Positions 30,488 to 42,244 of a DNA stretch of 64,000 bases are shown here, one piece after another. Under the pieces are notes generated by a model, which saw nothing but the letters and a program-made list of their open reading frames with translations, ran no database searches and was not told where the DNA came from. The translations under genes and the position numbers were made by a program. Position 1 is the first letter of the stretch, and each line of letters begins with the position of its first letter. This DNA is from Tortispora ganteri (lineage: Eukaryota), in the NCBI GenBank assembly GCA_003707115.1, contig PPNB01000003.1:124001-188000 (forward strand), in the 5' to 3' direction.

Positions 30488-32038
30488 CTACCTGCCGAGC
30501 ACCACATCTCCTTCTACTGGCAGCCCACGTACCCAAAATCGAGGAACGTCTTTCTTTATCTCTAATTCTGCATCGGCCTTACCTTTCATACCGACTTTTA
30601 CCTGCCCTTCAAACAAAATATCCGTGATTACAGACTCAAATGTGGCCTGGTCTATGATGTCTAGTGGTGCAGCAAGGATAGTGGAAGTGACAATGACCTG
30701 ACTGCTGTTTTTAGGATCCAGCTCGCTGATTGCCAAGCTAGGTTCCTGCGGAGTAACCGTAGCAAATTCAGCGCCGTGATAAACCAATATTGCGTTTGCA
30801 AGCACAGACGTGACGTTGGTGAGCAGACTATCAGGATTTTGTGGAATCGGCAGGGCCATTACTGCACGAACGTCCGAGGAGATGACGGCGTTCATATCGT
30901 CATCTGTACCCAGTTGTACATTAGTCAAATCCAAACTCTTTATAAGTTGAGGCTTGCCGAACTTGCCTATCAGCGGTTTAACTGGTAAAGGCACTTTCAG
31001 CTCGAGAGCAGCCAAGGCGCGAGTCAACGGGTCGGGGCTATACGGGTCGAGACCCACATTCAATGACGGTATTATCTCCGGAATTGCTTTCATAAACCCG
31101 TCCACAATCATACCTATAAGAGTAGTGGAATTACAACAGTCTGAACCGAATAGTTCATCAGACGTGATATACTCAAAGGAAACTGCAACCGGCAGTTTGC
31201 TCATAGCTGACGCTCCAATATTGGGCAGAGATATTTTTCCCGTTGAGATTCTACCTATAGATATCAGACCGTCGCAGCATTCTGCTGTAGCGATTAGGTC
31301 TAGAGAGGGTAAGGAACTAAGGAATCGCGCAAACGCAGGTATATGAGCGTCCAGTACTCCTGTGACATGATCCTGAGTCGCGACAATATCTCTGATGCCA
31401 TCGACAGCAATCAAAGATCGACCGGGCCCGTTATCAAACCCAATATCTATAGTTCTCTTGAGCTCTATTTCACCTGCAGGTATCCAGATGGCGTGTTTGC
31501 AGCCAAAGAAACAGAGCCCGATCTTGATTGGAGTAGAGATCACTACTTCTAACGGCGATATGGGTTTGCCTGGGACGATACTTGTGTTGAGCTGAAGTTC
31601 GCTGATCTCGTTTGGACGTAGACCTACATAAACTGGATCATCGACATCAGCATGTGCTGTGCTGCCATCAACGGTGGCGCTTATGTTTGAAGCCTGGCAT
31701 TGTCGAACAAGCAGAGTGGCAGTATTGCTGGCTGTACGTTGCCACCATGAGCCGGCTGTGTAGTTTGTGAGGGTGGTAACATAAACAATTAGCGGTATAC
31801 CATATTGAATATGCATATAAGGAGCAAAATCCACTGTCACATTGACGATTTCAATAGTATTAGGAAGAAAATCAGCAGCTGTGGTACCAATGTTGACCGC
31901 GAGTAACACAAGTATGAAGATCAAAGCCAAAATCCAACTGATAATGAAAATCTTTTTATTCAATTTATTTGGTGGACGAATCAGAGGCGTTTCTTCATTC
32001 ACTTCAACGTCCCTTTCGGGCTCACGAGTCTCTAGCAT
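30488..32038 (-). CDS. Type II membrane protein, Tag1/DUF3712-like (tentative)
   Basis: Acidic dileucine-like EETPLI motif, a single N-terminal TM, and a long beta-rich lumenal region; family assignment is by recalled architecture only. Confidence 0.6.
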   Translation of the reverse strand: MLETREPERDVEVNEETPLIRPPNKLNKKIFIISWILALIFILVLLAVNIGTTAADFLPNTIEIVNVTVDFAPYMHIQYGIPLIVYVTTLTNYTAGSWWQRTASNTATLLVRQCQASNISATVDGSTAHADVDDPVYVGLRPNEISELQLNTSIVPGKPISPLEVVISTPIKIGLCFFGCKHAIWIPAGEIELKRTIDIGFDNGPGRSLIAVDGIRDIVATQDHVTGVLDAHIPAFARFLSSLPSLDLIATAECCDGLISIGRISTGKISLPNIGASAMSKLPVAVSFEYITSDELFGSDCCNSTTLIGMIVDGFMKAIPEIIPSLNVGLDPYSPDPLTRALAALELKVPLPVKPLIGKFGKPQLIKSLDLTNVQLGTDDDMNAVISSDVRAVMALPIPQNPDSLLTNVTSVLANAILVYHGAEFATVTPQEPSLAISELDPKNSSQVIVTSTILAAPLDIIDQATFESVITDILFEGQVKVGMKGKADAELEIKKDVPRFWVRGLPVEGDVVLGR

Positions 32039-32195
32039 TGATGATTATCTGCTTGTCAGAATCGGTTTTACGATAAAGGAAAAGCTATAGTAAAACTTTA
32101 TTTTAGATAAGGTTTAACTATAATATAGCAGGAAAAAAAAAATCCATAGCGTAGACTGCTCTAATTTTTTTTAATTCTCCTTCAACTTTGTCAAA

Positions 32196-33128
32196 ATGAC
32201 TCGCCATTTATACAATATTGCTTGTTTGAGCAAAGATGAACTAGTACATCTTGTTAAGCGTGCTACAGAATTCCATAAGATGGGTGCAGGAATCAAACAA
32301 CAGCCTAAAATGAATACTCTAGAAGGCCGATCTGTAGCTATGATTTTCTCAAAGAGATCTACTAGAACCCGCGTCAGCACTGAAGCTGCTACTAGTTTCT
32401 TAGGAGGTCATCCTTTGTTTTTATCTTCTGCTGATATACAACTTGGTGTAAATGAGTCAATGCGTGATACCGCCACCGTCGTTGGCTCGATGACTGCTGC
32501 GATCGTTGCCCGCGTCAATTCTCATAACGATATACAAAATCTCGCCAAATACAGTCCGGCCCCTGTGATAAATGCGCTATGTGACAAGTACCATCCGCTA
32601 CAAACAATTGCCGATTTACAGACTATTCAGGAACATTTTGGCGAAGTCAAGGGTCTCAATTTAGCATGGGTAGGTGATGCTAATAATGTTATCAATGATC
32701 TTGCTACGGGATGTGCCAAACTTGGTATAAATGTCTCTTTAGCCATCCCACAGTCGGTTAATGTCGACAAAAATATTTTTGGACATGTTGCAGATCTTGC
32801 AAAGGAATCTGGTTCGTCGCTGACTGTTTCAAATATACCATCGGAAGCCCTTAAGAATGCAGATATCGTTGTAACCGATACTTGGGTCTCGATGGGCGAG
32901 GAGGCCGAAAAAGCAGAAAAACTAAAGAAATTCGCAGGGTTCCAAATTACATCAGATCTTCTCAAATCTTCTGGAACTAGTCCGGATTATGTATTTATGC
33001 ATTGTCTTCCTAGACATCCTGAAGAAGTAGCCGACGATGTATTCTATTCAGAAAAACATTCTCTTGTATTCCCTGAAGCGCAACATCGTCTGCATGCTGC
33101 AATGGCTGCATTGGAATGGCTCGCTTGA
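32196..33128 (+). CDS. ARG3: Ornithine carbamoyltransferase (no presequence)
   Basis: FSKRSTRTR, HPLQ, WVGDANN, TDTWVSMGEE and FMHCLP motifs. Confidence 0.95.
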   Translation: MTRHLYNIACLSKDELVHLVKRATEFHKMGAGIKQQPKMNTLEGRSVAMIFSKRSTRTRVSTEAATSFLGGHPLFLSSADIQLGVNESMRDTATVVGSMTAAIVARVNSHNDIQNLAKYSPAPVINALCDKYHPLQTIADLQTIQEHFGEVKGLNLAWVGDANNVINDLATGCAKLGINVSLAIPQSVNVDKNIFGHVADLAKESGSSLTVSNIPSEALKNADIVVTDTWVSMGEEAEKAEKLKKFAGFQITSDLLKSSGTSPDYVFMHCLPRHPEEVADDVFYSEKHSLVFPEAQHRLHAAMAALEWLA

Positions 33129-33230
33129 AAGGATACCATAAAATTATTTTAATTACTTTCAAATACAAAAGGCTCTATATATTATTAGGTTAAAAAAAAG
33201 CGACACTATAAAACATCCCCCATATGTCCA

Positions 33231-36200
33231 TCATACTTCTTCTAAGCTTTGCAGAGCAACTGTAGCTGCATAGTGTCCATCAAGTGCCAATAATTCATTA
33301 TGTGTACCTGATTCAACAACAACACCATGTTTAAGTACATATATGATATCGGCATTCTTGATCGTAGAAAGTCTGTGTGCGACAGCAATCGTAGTACGAC
33401 CCTTTGCAGCTTCATCAATAGCTTCTTGAACCACTTTCTCTGATTCGGAGTCCAATGCTGAAGTAGCTTCATCTAGAAGCAAAATCTTAGGATCGCGTAT
33501 CAGTGCTCGAGCAATTGCAATACGTTGTTTCTGTCCGCCAGATAATAGAGTACCTTTATTACCACATAAAGTCTCAAATCCTTCAGGAAGAGACATGATA
33601 AAATCATAAATGTTGGCTTTGCGACAGGCTTCTACTATTCGTTCTTCTGTGACAGTTTCCGGGTCTTCTTCGGTGCCAAACAAAATATTCTCGCGAATAG
33701 AACCACTATACAACGTAGGTTCTTGTTGTACTAAAGCAATGTGAGACCGATAGGAGCGAATATTCATTGTAGAAATATCGATACCATCAAGCCGTACTTC
33801 ACCAGATTGCGGACGATAGAAAGATTCAATCAGTCCAATAGTCGTAGACTTTCCACAGCCAGACGTACCAACCAATGCAACATACTGTCCTTTTTTAACA
33901 GACAGATTCAAACCACGTAACACAGGAACTTCGGGGCGTGTAGGGTATCTAAAATGAACATCCACGAAATCGATATCACCATTGCAACTATCCAACTTAA
34001 TGCCTTCGTCACTGTCAGCATCAATAGTTGGCTTTAAAGTTAGCAAGCTAAAAATATTGCGTGCAGCGTCTCGAGCCTTGACCATGTCTGTGCTGTATGA
34101 AAAAATCGCAGCAGCCACTTGAGTTCCAAAAATAATAGCCATGAACGTGATAAAAAAGTGCGTGATTGAGACTTCACCTTTACGCATCAGTGTACCACCC
34201 CACCAGAAGCCCAATGCAAGCACAAAGAAAGTAAGTGAGTATGACAACGAGTATGTAATAGCTGAGCGGATATTTCCAGGGATATCATCCTTACACTGTT
34301 TGTCAAGCCGAGACTCATAAGATTTAACAATTTCATCTTCTCTTGTCAAAGAAGCAACAGTCCTAATAGCATTGCTTGCTTCGCAAGCAGATTTGGACGA
34401 CTGCTCATAAACTTTTTGAGCTTTTTCTTCAATCAATTTAATAATGTACATGCGCATAAAACCACAAAACAGAAGAACAGGTACGCATGAAATGCACACC
34501 AAAGCTAGTTTCCAGCTCAAAACCAAACCTAAGATGCATCCAGAAACTAAAGTCACAATTGATTGAAGCAAATCAGCGAGAGTACTGCCTGAAAGCCCTT
34601 GAAGATCTTCACCGTCTTTGCTTAAAGCGCTTGACAATAATCCAGTAGAGTTTTCCTCTTTGTCAAAAAAGGATATATCCTGTCTCATAATACTATTGAA
34701 GCACAATAAGCGTACTCTCCTGATTAGGAGCTGTGCAACGTAAGTCATAAGAGAAGTAAGAGCAAAATTAGCAAGTAATTCAACGCATGCAAGCATAAAA
34801 AACATACCAGTCCAGAAATTTATGTCACTGCGCATTACAGCTTTGTCAGGGTCAGACAACGCCATAATCGCATGACCAAAGAAGACTGACATTGTCGGAT
34901 ATCCACCACCAGTGACAAGAGAAAGTGAGAAACCTAATACAAGCATCCATTTCTCTGGTTTATTCATTCGAGCCAGGTTAATGATAATTTGTAAGATAGA
35001 ATATGACTTATGGCGTTCTCCAATCTTTTGAAGTTCTTTCATTTGAGTAGAAGAAATAGAAACTTGAGGGGCTAAATTGTGAGTGTGATCAGTTCTATCC
35101 TCAATATAACCTCTTACAATCTCATCTTCAGCAGTATCTCCATTTTCTGGTATATTTTGATCAGCAGTTTCAGTACCAGGGGAGCCCGTTGCTAAATTAG
35201 ATCGCATAGATTGAGCCTGAACCATAGCGTAATATGTTCCTTTCGCAGCGATAAGTTCATTGTGCGTACCAGACTCAATTATATCACCATCTTTCATTAC
35301 AACAATTTTATCAGCATCCTTGATAGTAGACAAGCGATGTGCAATAACAATGGTCGTCCTAGACTTAGAAGCTTTGTCAAGAGCATCTTGAACTATACCT
35401 TCTGATTCGGTATCTAAAGCAGAAGTGGCTTCATCAAGAAGTAAAATCTTAGGATTGCTGACAATTGCACGAGCAATAGCAATTCGCTGTTTCTGACCTC
35501 CAGACATGAGGAATCCACGTTCACCGACGTTAGTTTGAAATCCTTCAGGCAAGTCCATAATGAAATCATAAGCATTAGCTTGTCTAGCAGCATCATTGAC
35601 AAGTTCTATTTGCTTCTCCAGAGGTGCATGTTCGTACTCAGTACCAATCAGACCATAAGCAATATTCTCAAAAACAGTGTTAGCAAACAAAGTAGGTTCC
35701 TGAGAAACCAAGGCAAGCTGCTGCCTAAGCCAGCGAACGTTCAAGGTTGATATATCATGACCATCAATAAGGACCTGACCAGCAAGAGGGATATAAAATC
35801 TTTCTAAGATTCCGACTATAGTACTTTTTCCAGAGCCAGAGGGGCCAACAAGAGCAACTGTTTGGCCGGGGCTCACTTTCAGTGACATATTCGTAAGAAC
35901 AGTTACCGAAGGGCGAGATGGATACACAAAGCGAACATTTTTTAGCTCAATTTCGCCCTTTAGGTTAGAAATTTTATCACCAGAATCCTTTGAAGCATCG
36001 ACGCAAGATTCTCTTTCAATTGTTGCGAAGATTCCTTTACCGGCGGCGATTCCAAGCGAGATATCTCTGATGTGCATAGCCGTTTGGCCGACCATCATTG
36101 ACGCCATCATCATAGCAAAAACTGCAGTGACAATACTGTGAATAGAGAATTCGCCCCAATTGAGAAGCCTGGAACCTTCCCAGAAGCCGAGTGCGTAGGT

Positions 36201-37118
36201 GCTAAAGTTAATGAACCAAATGCTACCCATAAGTAGTCCAAAGAAGCACCCAGCAATCATGTGGAAGTGGGCACCTTTGTATACGTATTCTGCGTATTTG
36301 GCAGCAAGACGGCTTTGAAGGCCGAAAGCGTGAGCATTGCGCACTGTGCTGATAGCTTCTTCAGAGGAAGAGCCAGCTGTGGCAAGAATAGCGGTGGCTT
36401 TCATCATTCTCCTAGACATCTGAGAGGATAAACCACCAGCTAAAATGAATGTAGTGAAAAAAGGAGCGAGAAGAACGAGAGCGAGTTTCCAAGCAACTGC
36501 CAATGCAACAATGACGGCAGCAAGCATAGCAGCGATACCAGAAGTGATAACGGCGATCTTCTCGGAGATGGCCTTCTGGATAAGATTTGTGTCCGAGACA
36601 ATTCGGTTTGTGACTTCTCCGGAACCTTCTGAGTCATAAAACCCAATATTCTGGTAAAGGATTGAGCGTAGATACTGTACGCGAATACGGTTAGACAACA
36701 GCTCGCCATAGTAAAGAGTCGCGAAGGTGCCGATAGCAGATAATACTAATACGGCTATACCCATATATACAAAGTAAAGACCATACTGGTTCACTGTATG
36801 TTGAAAAGCATGTTCATCAACATTAACTGTAGAGAATAGGTTTGCAAACTCATTAGTGAGGTTACCAAACAGAATAGTCATAGCAGGGAAAGATGCACCT
36901 TGTGCGGCAGCAGCAAGTACGCCTAGTCCTAGAAGAACGAGTTCATGTGATTTAGCAAACTTGAAAAGCGTAAAGTATGAGATTTTCACTTGTTTAGTCT
37001 CTACTTGCTTTCTAAGTGTCAGCTGTTCGTCTTCTGTGAGAACATCAACTGTGTTTAGAACGTCTTTCGACGATCCTGCCGATGACGAAGACGATACCTT
37101 CTCGTTAGTGATGCTCAT
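33231..37118 (-). CDS. Full-length ABCB/P-glycoprotein-type multidrug exporter, copy A (1295 aa)
   Basis: TMD-NBD-TMD-NBD topology; Walker A GPSGSGKST and GTSGCGKST; SGGQKQRIAIARA; LLLDEATSALD. Confidence 0.95.
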   Translation of the reverse strand: MSITNEKVSSSSSAGSSKDVLNTVDVLTEDEQLTLRKQVETKQVKISYFTLFKFAKSHELVLLGLGVLAAAAQGASFPAMTILFGNLTNEFANLFSTVNVDEHAFQHTVNQYGLYFVYMGIAVLVLSAIGTFATLYYGELLSNRIRVQYLRSILYQNIGFYDSEGSGEVTNRIVSDTNLIQKAISEKIAVITSGIAAMLAAVIVALAVAWKLALVLLAPFFTTFILAGGLSSQMSRRMMKATAILATAGSSSEEAISTVRNAHAFGLQSRLAAKYAEYVYKGAHFHMIAGCFFGLLMGSIWFINFSTYALGFWEGSRLLNWGEFSIHSIVTAVFAMMMASMMVGQTAMHIRDISLGIAAGKGIFATIERESCVDASKDSGDKISNLKGEIELKNVRFVYPSRPSVTVLTNMSLKVSPGQTVALVGPSGSGKSTIVGILERFYIPLAGQVLIDGHDISTLNVRWLRQQLALVSQEPTLFANTVFENIAYGLIGTEYEHAPLEKQIELVNDAARQANAYDFIMDLPEGFQTNVGERGFLMSGGQKQRIAIARAIVSNPKILLLDEATSALDTESEGIVQDALDKASKSRTTIVIAHRLSTIKDADKIVVMKDGDIIESGTHNELIAAKGTYYAMVQAQSMRSNLATGSPGTETADQNIPENGDTAEDEIVRGYIEDRTDHTHNLAPQVSISSTQMKELQKIGERHKSYSILQIIINLARMNKPEKWMLVLGFSLSLVTGGGYPTMSVFFGHAIMALSDPDKAVMRSDINFWTGMFFMLACVELLANFALTSLMTYVAQLLIRRVRLLCFNSIMRQDISFFDKEENSTGLLSSALSKDGEDLQGLSGSTLADLLQSIVTLVSGCILGLVLSWKLALVCISCVPVLLFCGFMRMYIIKLIEEKAQKVYEQSSKSACEASNAIRTVASLTREDEIVKSYESRLDKQCKDDIPGNIRSAITYSLSYSLTFFVLALGFWWGGTLMRKGEVSITHFFITFMAIIFGTQVAAAIFSYSTDMVKARDAARNIFSLLTLKPTIDADSDEGIKLDSCNGDIDFVDVHFRYPTRPEVPVLRGLNLSVKKGQYVALVGTSGCGKSTTIGLIESFYRPQSGEVRLDGIDISTMNIRSYRSHIALVQQEPTLYSGSIRENILFGTEEDPETVTEERIVEACRKANIYDFIMSLPEGFETLCGNKGTLLSGGQKQRIAIARALIRDPKILLLDEATSALDSESEKVVQEAIDEAAKGRTTIAVAHRLSTIKNADIIYVLKHGVVVESGTHNELLALDGHYAATVALQSLEEV

Positions 37119-37821
37119 TACTGATAAAACTAACGTAATTTAAACAAATGAGCAGAAAGCGAGTGCTATATATGTTTACAATTCGCTCTAGCTTCTATAT
37201 ATTACGGAACATAGACATTCCGGGAAAAACACTTTTGGCCGTAAAGTTTATCAAATCAATGTTGCTCCGAGGTCCGATGGGAGTAGATCATCGGTGATGA
37301 TATTCTCAAGCTAATGTGAAGTAAACTTTAAAATTCCGCCATTCTTCTCAACAAGAGGTTAACTGTTTTGTCAGAGCTCCTTTTGAATATCAATTCAGTG
37401 CACAGTTTCACATTATATGTATTCTTTGTGTAATAATAGACAATACTTTCGCGTTCTTTGAGAAAAAAATGAGCCGGGTTATCTTTTAGATCGCTCATAT
37501 AGTTTAGGATTAACTCAACTGCCAAGGTGTTCACTAAAAACAAAGTACTGCTGAGACCCCTATCCCTATGTTACGAGCGTCGTCCACATCCAACATGATA
37601 AACTATGTGCAATTAACCCGTATATATAAATAATCGCACATTAGTTTCGTAGATTTAGTGTCAATGATGCACAAAAAGAGAATAAAATCTTTGAACAGAA
37701 AAGGCCGAGGCTATCATCAAATATTTCTTAACTCCGTGCAATTTTAAGCTAGCGCCCATCGCGCCCCCATTTACGTTTCCTTCCACGCGAAGCTAATCCT
37801 GCGCGCTGTGCATAGTTTTGC

Positions 37822-40800
37822 TCAAAACCCCTCGAGGCTCTGCAATGCTACCATTGCAGCGTACCGTCCCTTAAACGCAATTAACTCATCATGGGTTCCG
37901 GACTCAACAACAACGCCGTCTTTTAGCACATAGATTACATCGGCGTTCTTAATCGTTGACAATCTATGCGCTACAGCAATCGTAGTGCGCCCTTTTGCAG
38001 CAGAATCAAGCGCCTGTTGTACGACTTTTTCTGATTCAGAGTCAAGCGCAGATGTAGCTTCGTCAAGTAGTAGAATCTTAGGATCGCGTATCAGTGCTCG
38101 AGCAATTGCTATGCGTTGTTTTTGTCCACCAGATAGGAGAGTACCTTTGCTACCGCACAGCGTTTCAAATCCTTCGGGAAGTGACATGATAAAATCATAA
38201 ATATTAGCCATTCGACACACTTCTTCTAATCGTTGGTCCGTAATGCTCTCTGGATCCTCTTCGGTACCATAAAGAATATTTTCTCGAATAGATCCGCTGT
38301 AAAGAGTTGGCTCTTGTTGTACCAGTGCAATTTGCGACCTATACGACTTAACATTAAGTTTGGCCAAATCTATTCCATCTAGCAGAATCTCTCCAGACTG
38401 TGGTCTGTAATATGACTCCACAAGTCCGATCACGGTTGACTTTCCACATCCAGATGTTCCGACAAGAGCGATATACTGCCCCTTTCTGACTGATAAATTC
38501 AAACCACGCAAGACGGGAACTTCAGGTCGCGTAGGATATCTAAAGTGAACGTCCACAAAATCGATATCACCATGACAGTCATCTATTTTTATACCCTCAT
38601 CAGTTTCAGCGTCAATTGAGGGTTTAAGACGCAACAAGCTTAACACATTTCTAGCAGCACCACCAGCTCTAGTCATGTCTGGTGCAAATGAGAAAATGGT
38701 TCCAGCTGCCTGTGAGCCGAAAACGATAGCGGTAAACGCCACAAAGAATGCAAACACTGAAAGTTCGTCACGGAACATAAGCGTTCCTCCCCACCAAAAT
38801 CCAAGGGCAACAACGAAAAGAGTCACAGAGTAGCTGAGTGCAAATAATATGGCTGATCTCACATTAGGCCAAATATTCTTGCGCGTTTGTGAATCTAGTC
38901 GCTGTTCGTACTCTGCCAAGACTTGACGTTCTCTCGTCAAAGAAGCCACAGTGCGTATAGAACCTGTCGCTTCACATGCACTCTGCGAAGAATCAGTGTA
39001 TACTTTTTCGGATCGCATTTGCATCTTGTTTAGCACCCACATGCGACAAAATCCGGCAACCAACAACACCGGAACACAAGCTATACAAACCAACGCTAAT
39101 TTCCAAGACATGACCAAACCGAGGATGCAGCCTGCAACCAAGTTAACAAGAGATGTAAGCAGATGGGCTAATGTGCTTCCACCTAGACCTTGCGCGCTCT
39201 CACCATCTTTACTCAAACTACTAGTAAGAGAGCCAGTAGAATTGTCATCCCTATCGAAGAAAGATATATCTTGTCGCAGAATAGCTTTGAAGCTAACTAA
39301 ACGTAACCGTGTAATCAATTTCTCGGATGCCACTGCCATACTAGAGATCATCAATGTATAACCAATGAGATCCACAACACTCAACATGAAAATCAGACCT
39401 GTCCAAAAATTAAGCTGGTCACGCATGTATGAAATGCTTGGGCTGGAGAACGCTAGTATTATCTTGGCAAAAAACACAGACATCACCGGGTATCCTGCAC
39501 CGGTTATAACCGCAAGAATAAACCCACTTACGAGCCAAGCGGTTTCAGGTTTGTTCATTTTGAATAATTCAATGATAACACGAAATAAAGACTGATCAAA
39601 GGTTCGTGTGTTGCTCGATCTCAACTTTTCTATTTGTGAGGAGGAAAGAGAACTGCGGCGACCTATATTATGATTAAATTGATCATCTTCATCGTGAAAT
39701 ATTTCAACTTTTTCGCTGTCCAAAGAGTTTGCAGTCTCATCTTCCTGAGACGCCGGAGATGAACTTTTGCGTGCTTTAGAGTTTAGAGATTGAGCTTCAA
39801 CCATTGCATAATAAGTTCCCTTCATATCAATCAGTTCATTATGGGTTCCAGATTCAATTATGAGCCCCTCTTTCATCACAATGATCTTGTCTGCATCTTT
39901 GATAGTCGACAATCGGTGGGCGATAACAATTGTAGTTCTCGATTCAGAGGCCTTATCGAGAGCATCTTGTACAATTCCTTCGGACTCAGTATCTAGAGCC
40001 GAGGTTGCTTCGTCCAGTAGTAAAATCTTAGGATTGCCCACAATCGCACGAGCAATAGCAATTCTTTGTTTCTGGCCACCAGACATGAGAAATCCGCGTT
40101 CACCAACATTAGTTTGAAATCCTTCAGGGAGTTTCATAATAAAATCATATGCATTAGCTAGTTTAGCAGCATTATAAATTAGTTCAGCCTTTTTCTCGCT
40201 AGGCAAGTCTTCGTACTCGGTACCGATCAAGCCATTAGCAATATTTTCAAATACCGTAGTGGCAAACAAAACAGGCTCCTGAGAAACAAGAGCTATTTGT
40301 TGTCTTAACCAACGAACATTCAACGATGATATATCATGTCCGTCAATAAGGACCTCACCGGCAAGGGGTACATAGAAGCGTTCTAAAATACCGATAATAG
40401 TGCTTTTACCAGAACCCGACATTCCAACGAGAGCGACTGTTTGACCTGGTTTGACATGGAGAGACATTTCCTTAAGAACAGTTACGGAAGGGCGTGAAGG
40501 ATAAACAAAGCGAACATTTTTGAGTTCGATTTCGCCTTTTAAATCAGGAATTACATCACCAGTTTCAGACTCAGGGTCAATATAACTTCGGCGTCCAATG
40601 GTAGCAAAAATGCGTTTTGCGGCTGCAACACCAAGAGTCATATCGCGAGCGTGAGTAAACGCTTCACCTGTTAGTGAGGCGCTTAACAATATTGCCAGCA
40701 CAGCGGTGACGATACCGGAGAGTTCAAACTCGCCACTGGCAATATAGCGGGAGCCTTGCCAAAAACCCAGAGCATATGTATTATATGAAACAAAGTAAAA

Positions 40801-41682
40801 AAGAGCTACCATTAGTGAGCCATAAATGTTTGCTATAATTTTTGATTTTTCACCAGCTTTAATGGATACCTGGTACTTTGAGAGCAATCTCTTTTGTAAA
40901 CCAAAGGAGTGGACATTGCGGATAGAAGAAATAGCTTCTTCTGCAGATGAACCTGCGGTTGCGTAATGTGCGTTAGATATGACCATGTATTTATTCATTA
41001 ATATAGTTAGTGTGCCGGGGGCAAGTAATATGGCAAAGATGCAAGAAATCAATATTAGTCCAATTTTCCAGGCGACAGCTATGGCTATTATTACACCTGA
41101 GAATAGACCTGCAATACTGGAGACTAGTACCGAGACTTTTTCAGAAATGGCGCGTTGTATAAGATCAGTATCTGTGATGATTCTGGTCGTTACTTCACCA
41201 GACCCGACTGAGTCGAAAAATGCAATATTCTGACGTAGTATTGCCTTCAAATAGTTAACTCGGATACGATTGGTCAAAATTTCACCAAGATAAACTGTTA
41301 AAAAAGTGGATACAAATGAAACAACAAGAGTTCCGATTGCTAGATACACAAAATAAAGGCTGTAGTCGCTGACTATTCCCTGAAAATTAGTGGCGCCGGT
41401 AGGGTTTTGAACAAAACTAGAGAACTCTCCTGTGACGTTACCAAATAATAAAGTCATCAATGGCAAAGATGCGCCCATAGCAATAGAGCATAAAAAGCCA
41501 ATAAAATACAATAAGTATTCCATTGGTCCTGCATATCGAAACAGCGTTAAGTATGTGACTGTTGGTTCGATCAAACGGACCTGATCTTCGAGAATCGTAC
41601 GCTCGCGTTCTGAGAATGCTATCAGATCATTATGGAGATTACTATCACTTGATTCTGTTTTATTATTCGATTTATTATTCAT
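37822..41682 (-). CDS. Full-length ABCB/P-glycoprotein-type multidrug exporter, copy B
   Basis: Same architecture with intact motifs; first ATG is at 41682 (the track start at 41703 is GTG). Confidence 0.95.
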   Translation of the reverse strand: MNNKSNNKTESSDSNLHNDLIAFSERERTILEDQVRLIEPTVTYLTLFRYAGPMEYLLYFIGFLCSIAMGASLPLMTLLFGNVTGEFSSFVQNPTGATNFQGIVSDYSLYFVYLAIGTLVVSFVSTFLTVYLGEILTNRIRVNYLKAILRQNIAFFDSVGSGEVTTRIITDTDLIQRAISEKVSVLVSSIAGLFSGVIIAIAVAWKIGLILISCIFAILLAPGTLTILMNKYMVISNAHYATAGSSAEEAISSIRNVHSFGLQKRLLSKYQVSIKAGEKSKIIANIYGSLMVALFYFVSYNTYALGFWQGSRYIASGEFELSGIVTAVLAILLSASLTGEAFTHARDMTLGVAAAKRIFATIGRRSYIDPESETGDVIPDLKGEIELKNVRFVYPSRPSVTVLKEMSLHVKPGQTVALVGMSGSGKSTIIGILERFYVPLAGEVLIDGHDISSLNVRWLRQQIALVSQEPVLFATTVFENIANGLIGTEYEDLPSEKKAELIYNAAKLANAYDFIMKLPEGFQTNVGERGFLMSGGQKQRIAIARAIVGNPKILLLDEATSALDTESEGIVQDALDKASESRTTIVIAHRLSTIKDADKIIVMKEGLIIESGTHNELIDMKGTYYAMVEAQSLNSKARKSSSPASQEDETANSLDSEKVEIFHDEDDQFNHNIGRRSSLSSSQIEKLRSSNTRTFDQSLFRVIIELFKMNKPETAWLVSGFILAVITGAGYPVMSVFFAKIILAFSSPSISYMRDQLNFWTGLIFMLSVVDLIGYTLMISSMAVASEKLITRLRLVSFKAILRQDISFFDRDDNSTGSLTSSLSKDGESAQGLGGSTLAHLLTSLVNLVAGCILGLVMSWKLALVCIACVPVLLVAGFCRMWVLNKMQMRSEKVYTDSSQSACEATGSIRTVASLTRERQVLAEYEQRLDSQTRKNIWPNVRSAILFALSYSVTLFVVALGFWWGGTLMFRDELSVFAFFVAFTAIVFGSQAAGTIFSFAPDMTRAGGAARNVLSLLRLKPSIDAETDEGIKIDDCHGDIDFVDVHFRYPTRPEVPVLRGLNLSVRKGQYIALVGTSGCGKSTVIGLVESYYRPQSGEILLDGIDLAKLNVKSYRSQIALVQQEPTLYSGSIRENILYGTEEDPESITDQRLEEVCRMANIYDFIMSLPEGFETLCGSKGTLLSGGQKQRIAIARALIRDPKILLLDEATSALDSESEKVVQQALDSAAKGRTTIAVAHRLSTIKNADVIYVLKDGVVVESGTHDELIAFKGRYAAMVALQSLEGF

Positions 41683-42220
41683 TTTAGGTGAACGTGGCCA
41701 CACTGTTGTTTACTAAGTGAGAAGGGCGAAGCGCCCCGTTAGCGTTTAATAAATGAGCCGTTTAGCAAACTGTTAGGAGCTAATATGGAAACCCTATTTT
41801 GAAAATTAGGGTAGACAAATTAAAGTATCAAGTATGCCAAGAGTTTTCATTTACCTTTCAACAATATATGAGATCAGGCTAGTTTGTTTAACAATGAAGA
41901 AAAGCCTTCAATGTTAATAGAAGCAGCTTCAAGAGTTATAGTGTGGTGAGAATTGAATTCTACAAAATACATTGTCTCAATATGGTTGGATAAAGATTGG
42001 GACTTAGGTAGTTTAAATATGCATAACTTGATGATCTCTATGGATATGTAGCGCTAATAGTTGTAGATATATTGCAATGGCAATTAAATATATAAAGTAT
42101 ATTTGTATATTAGAGTGGCAAAAGAATTGACTAAAAAATATGCAAATCAGACAATTAGAAGTAATATCGGGCCCATGAATTTGTATTACGGTTTAAGTAC
42201 TACAGCGCAAAGATACGGTA

Positions 42221-42244
42221 TGCTATAGTGCTATAGTGCTATAG
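42221..42244 (+). repeat. (TGCTATAG)3 tandem repeat in the spacer between copies C and B
   Basis: tgctatagtgctatagtgctatag. Confidence 0.7.
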
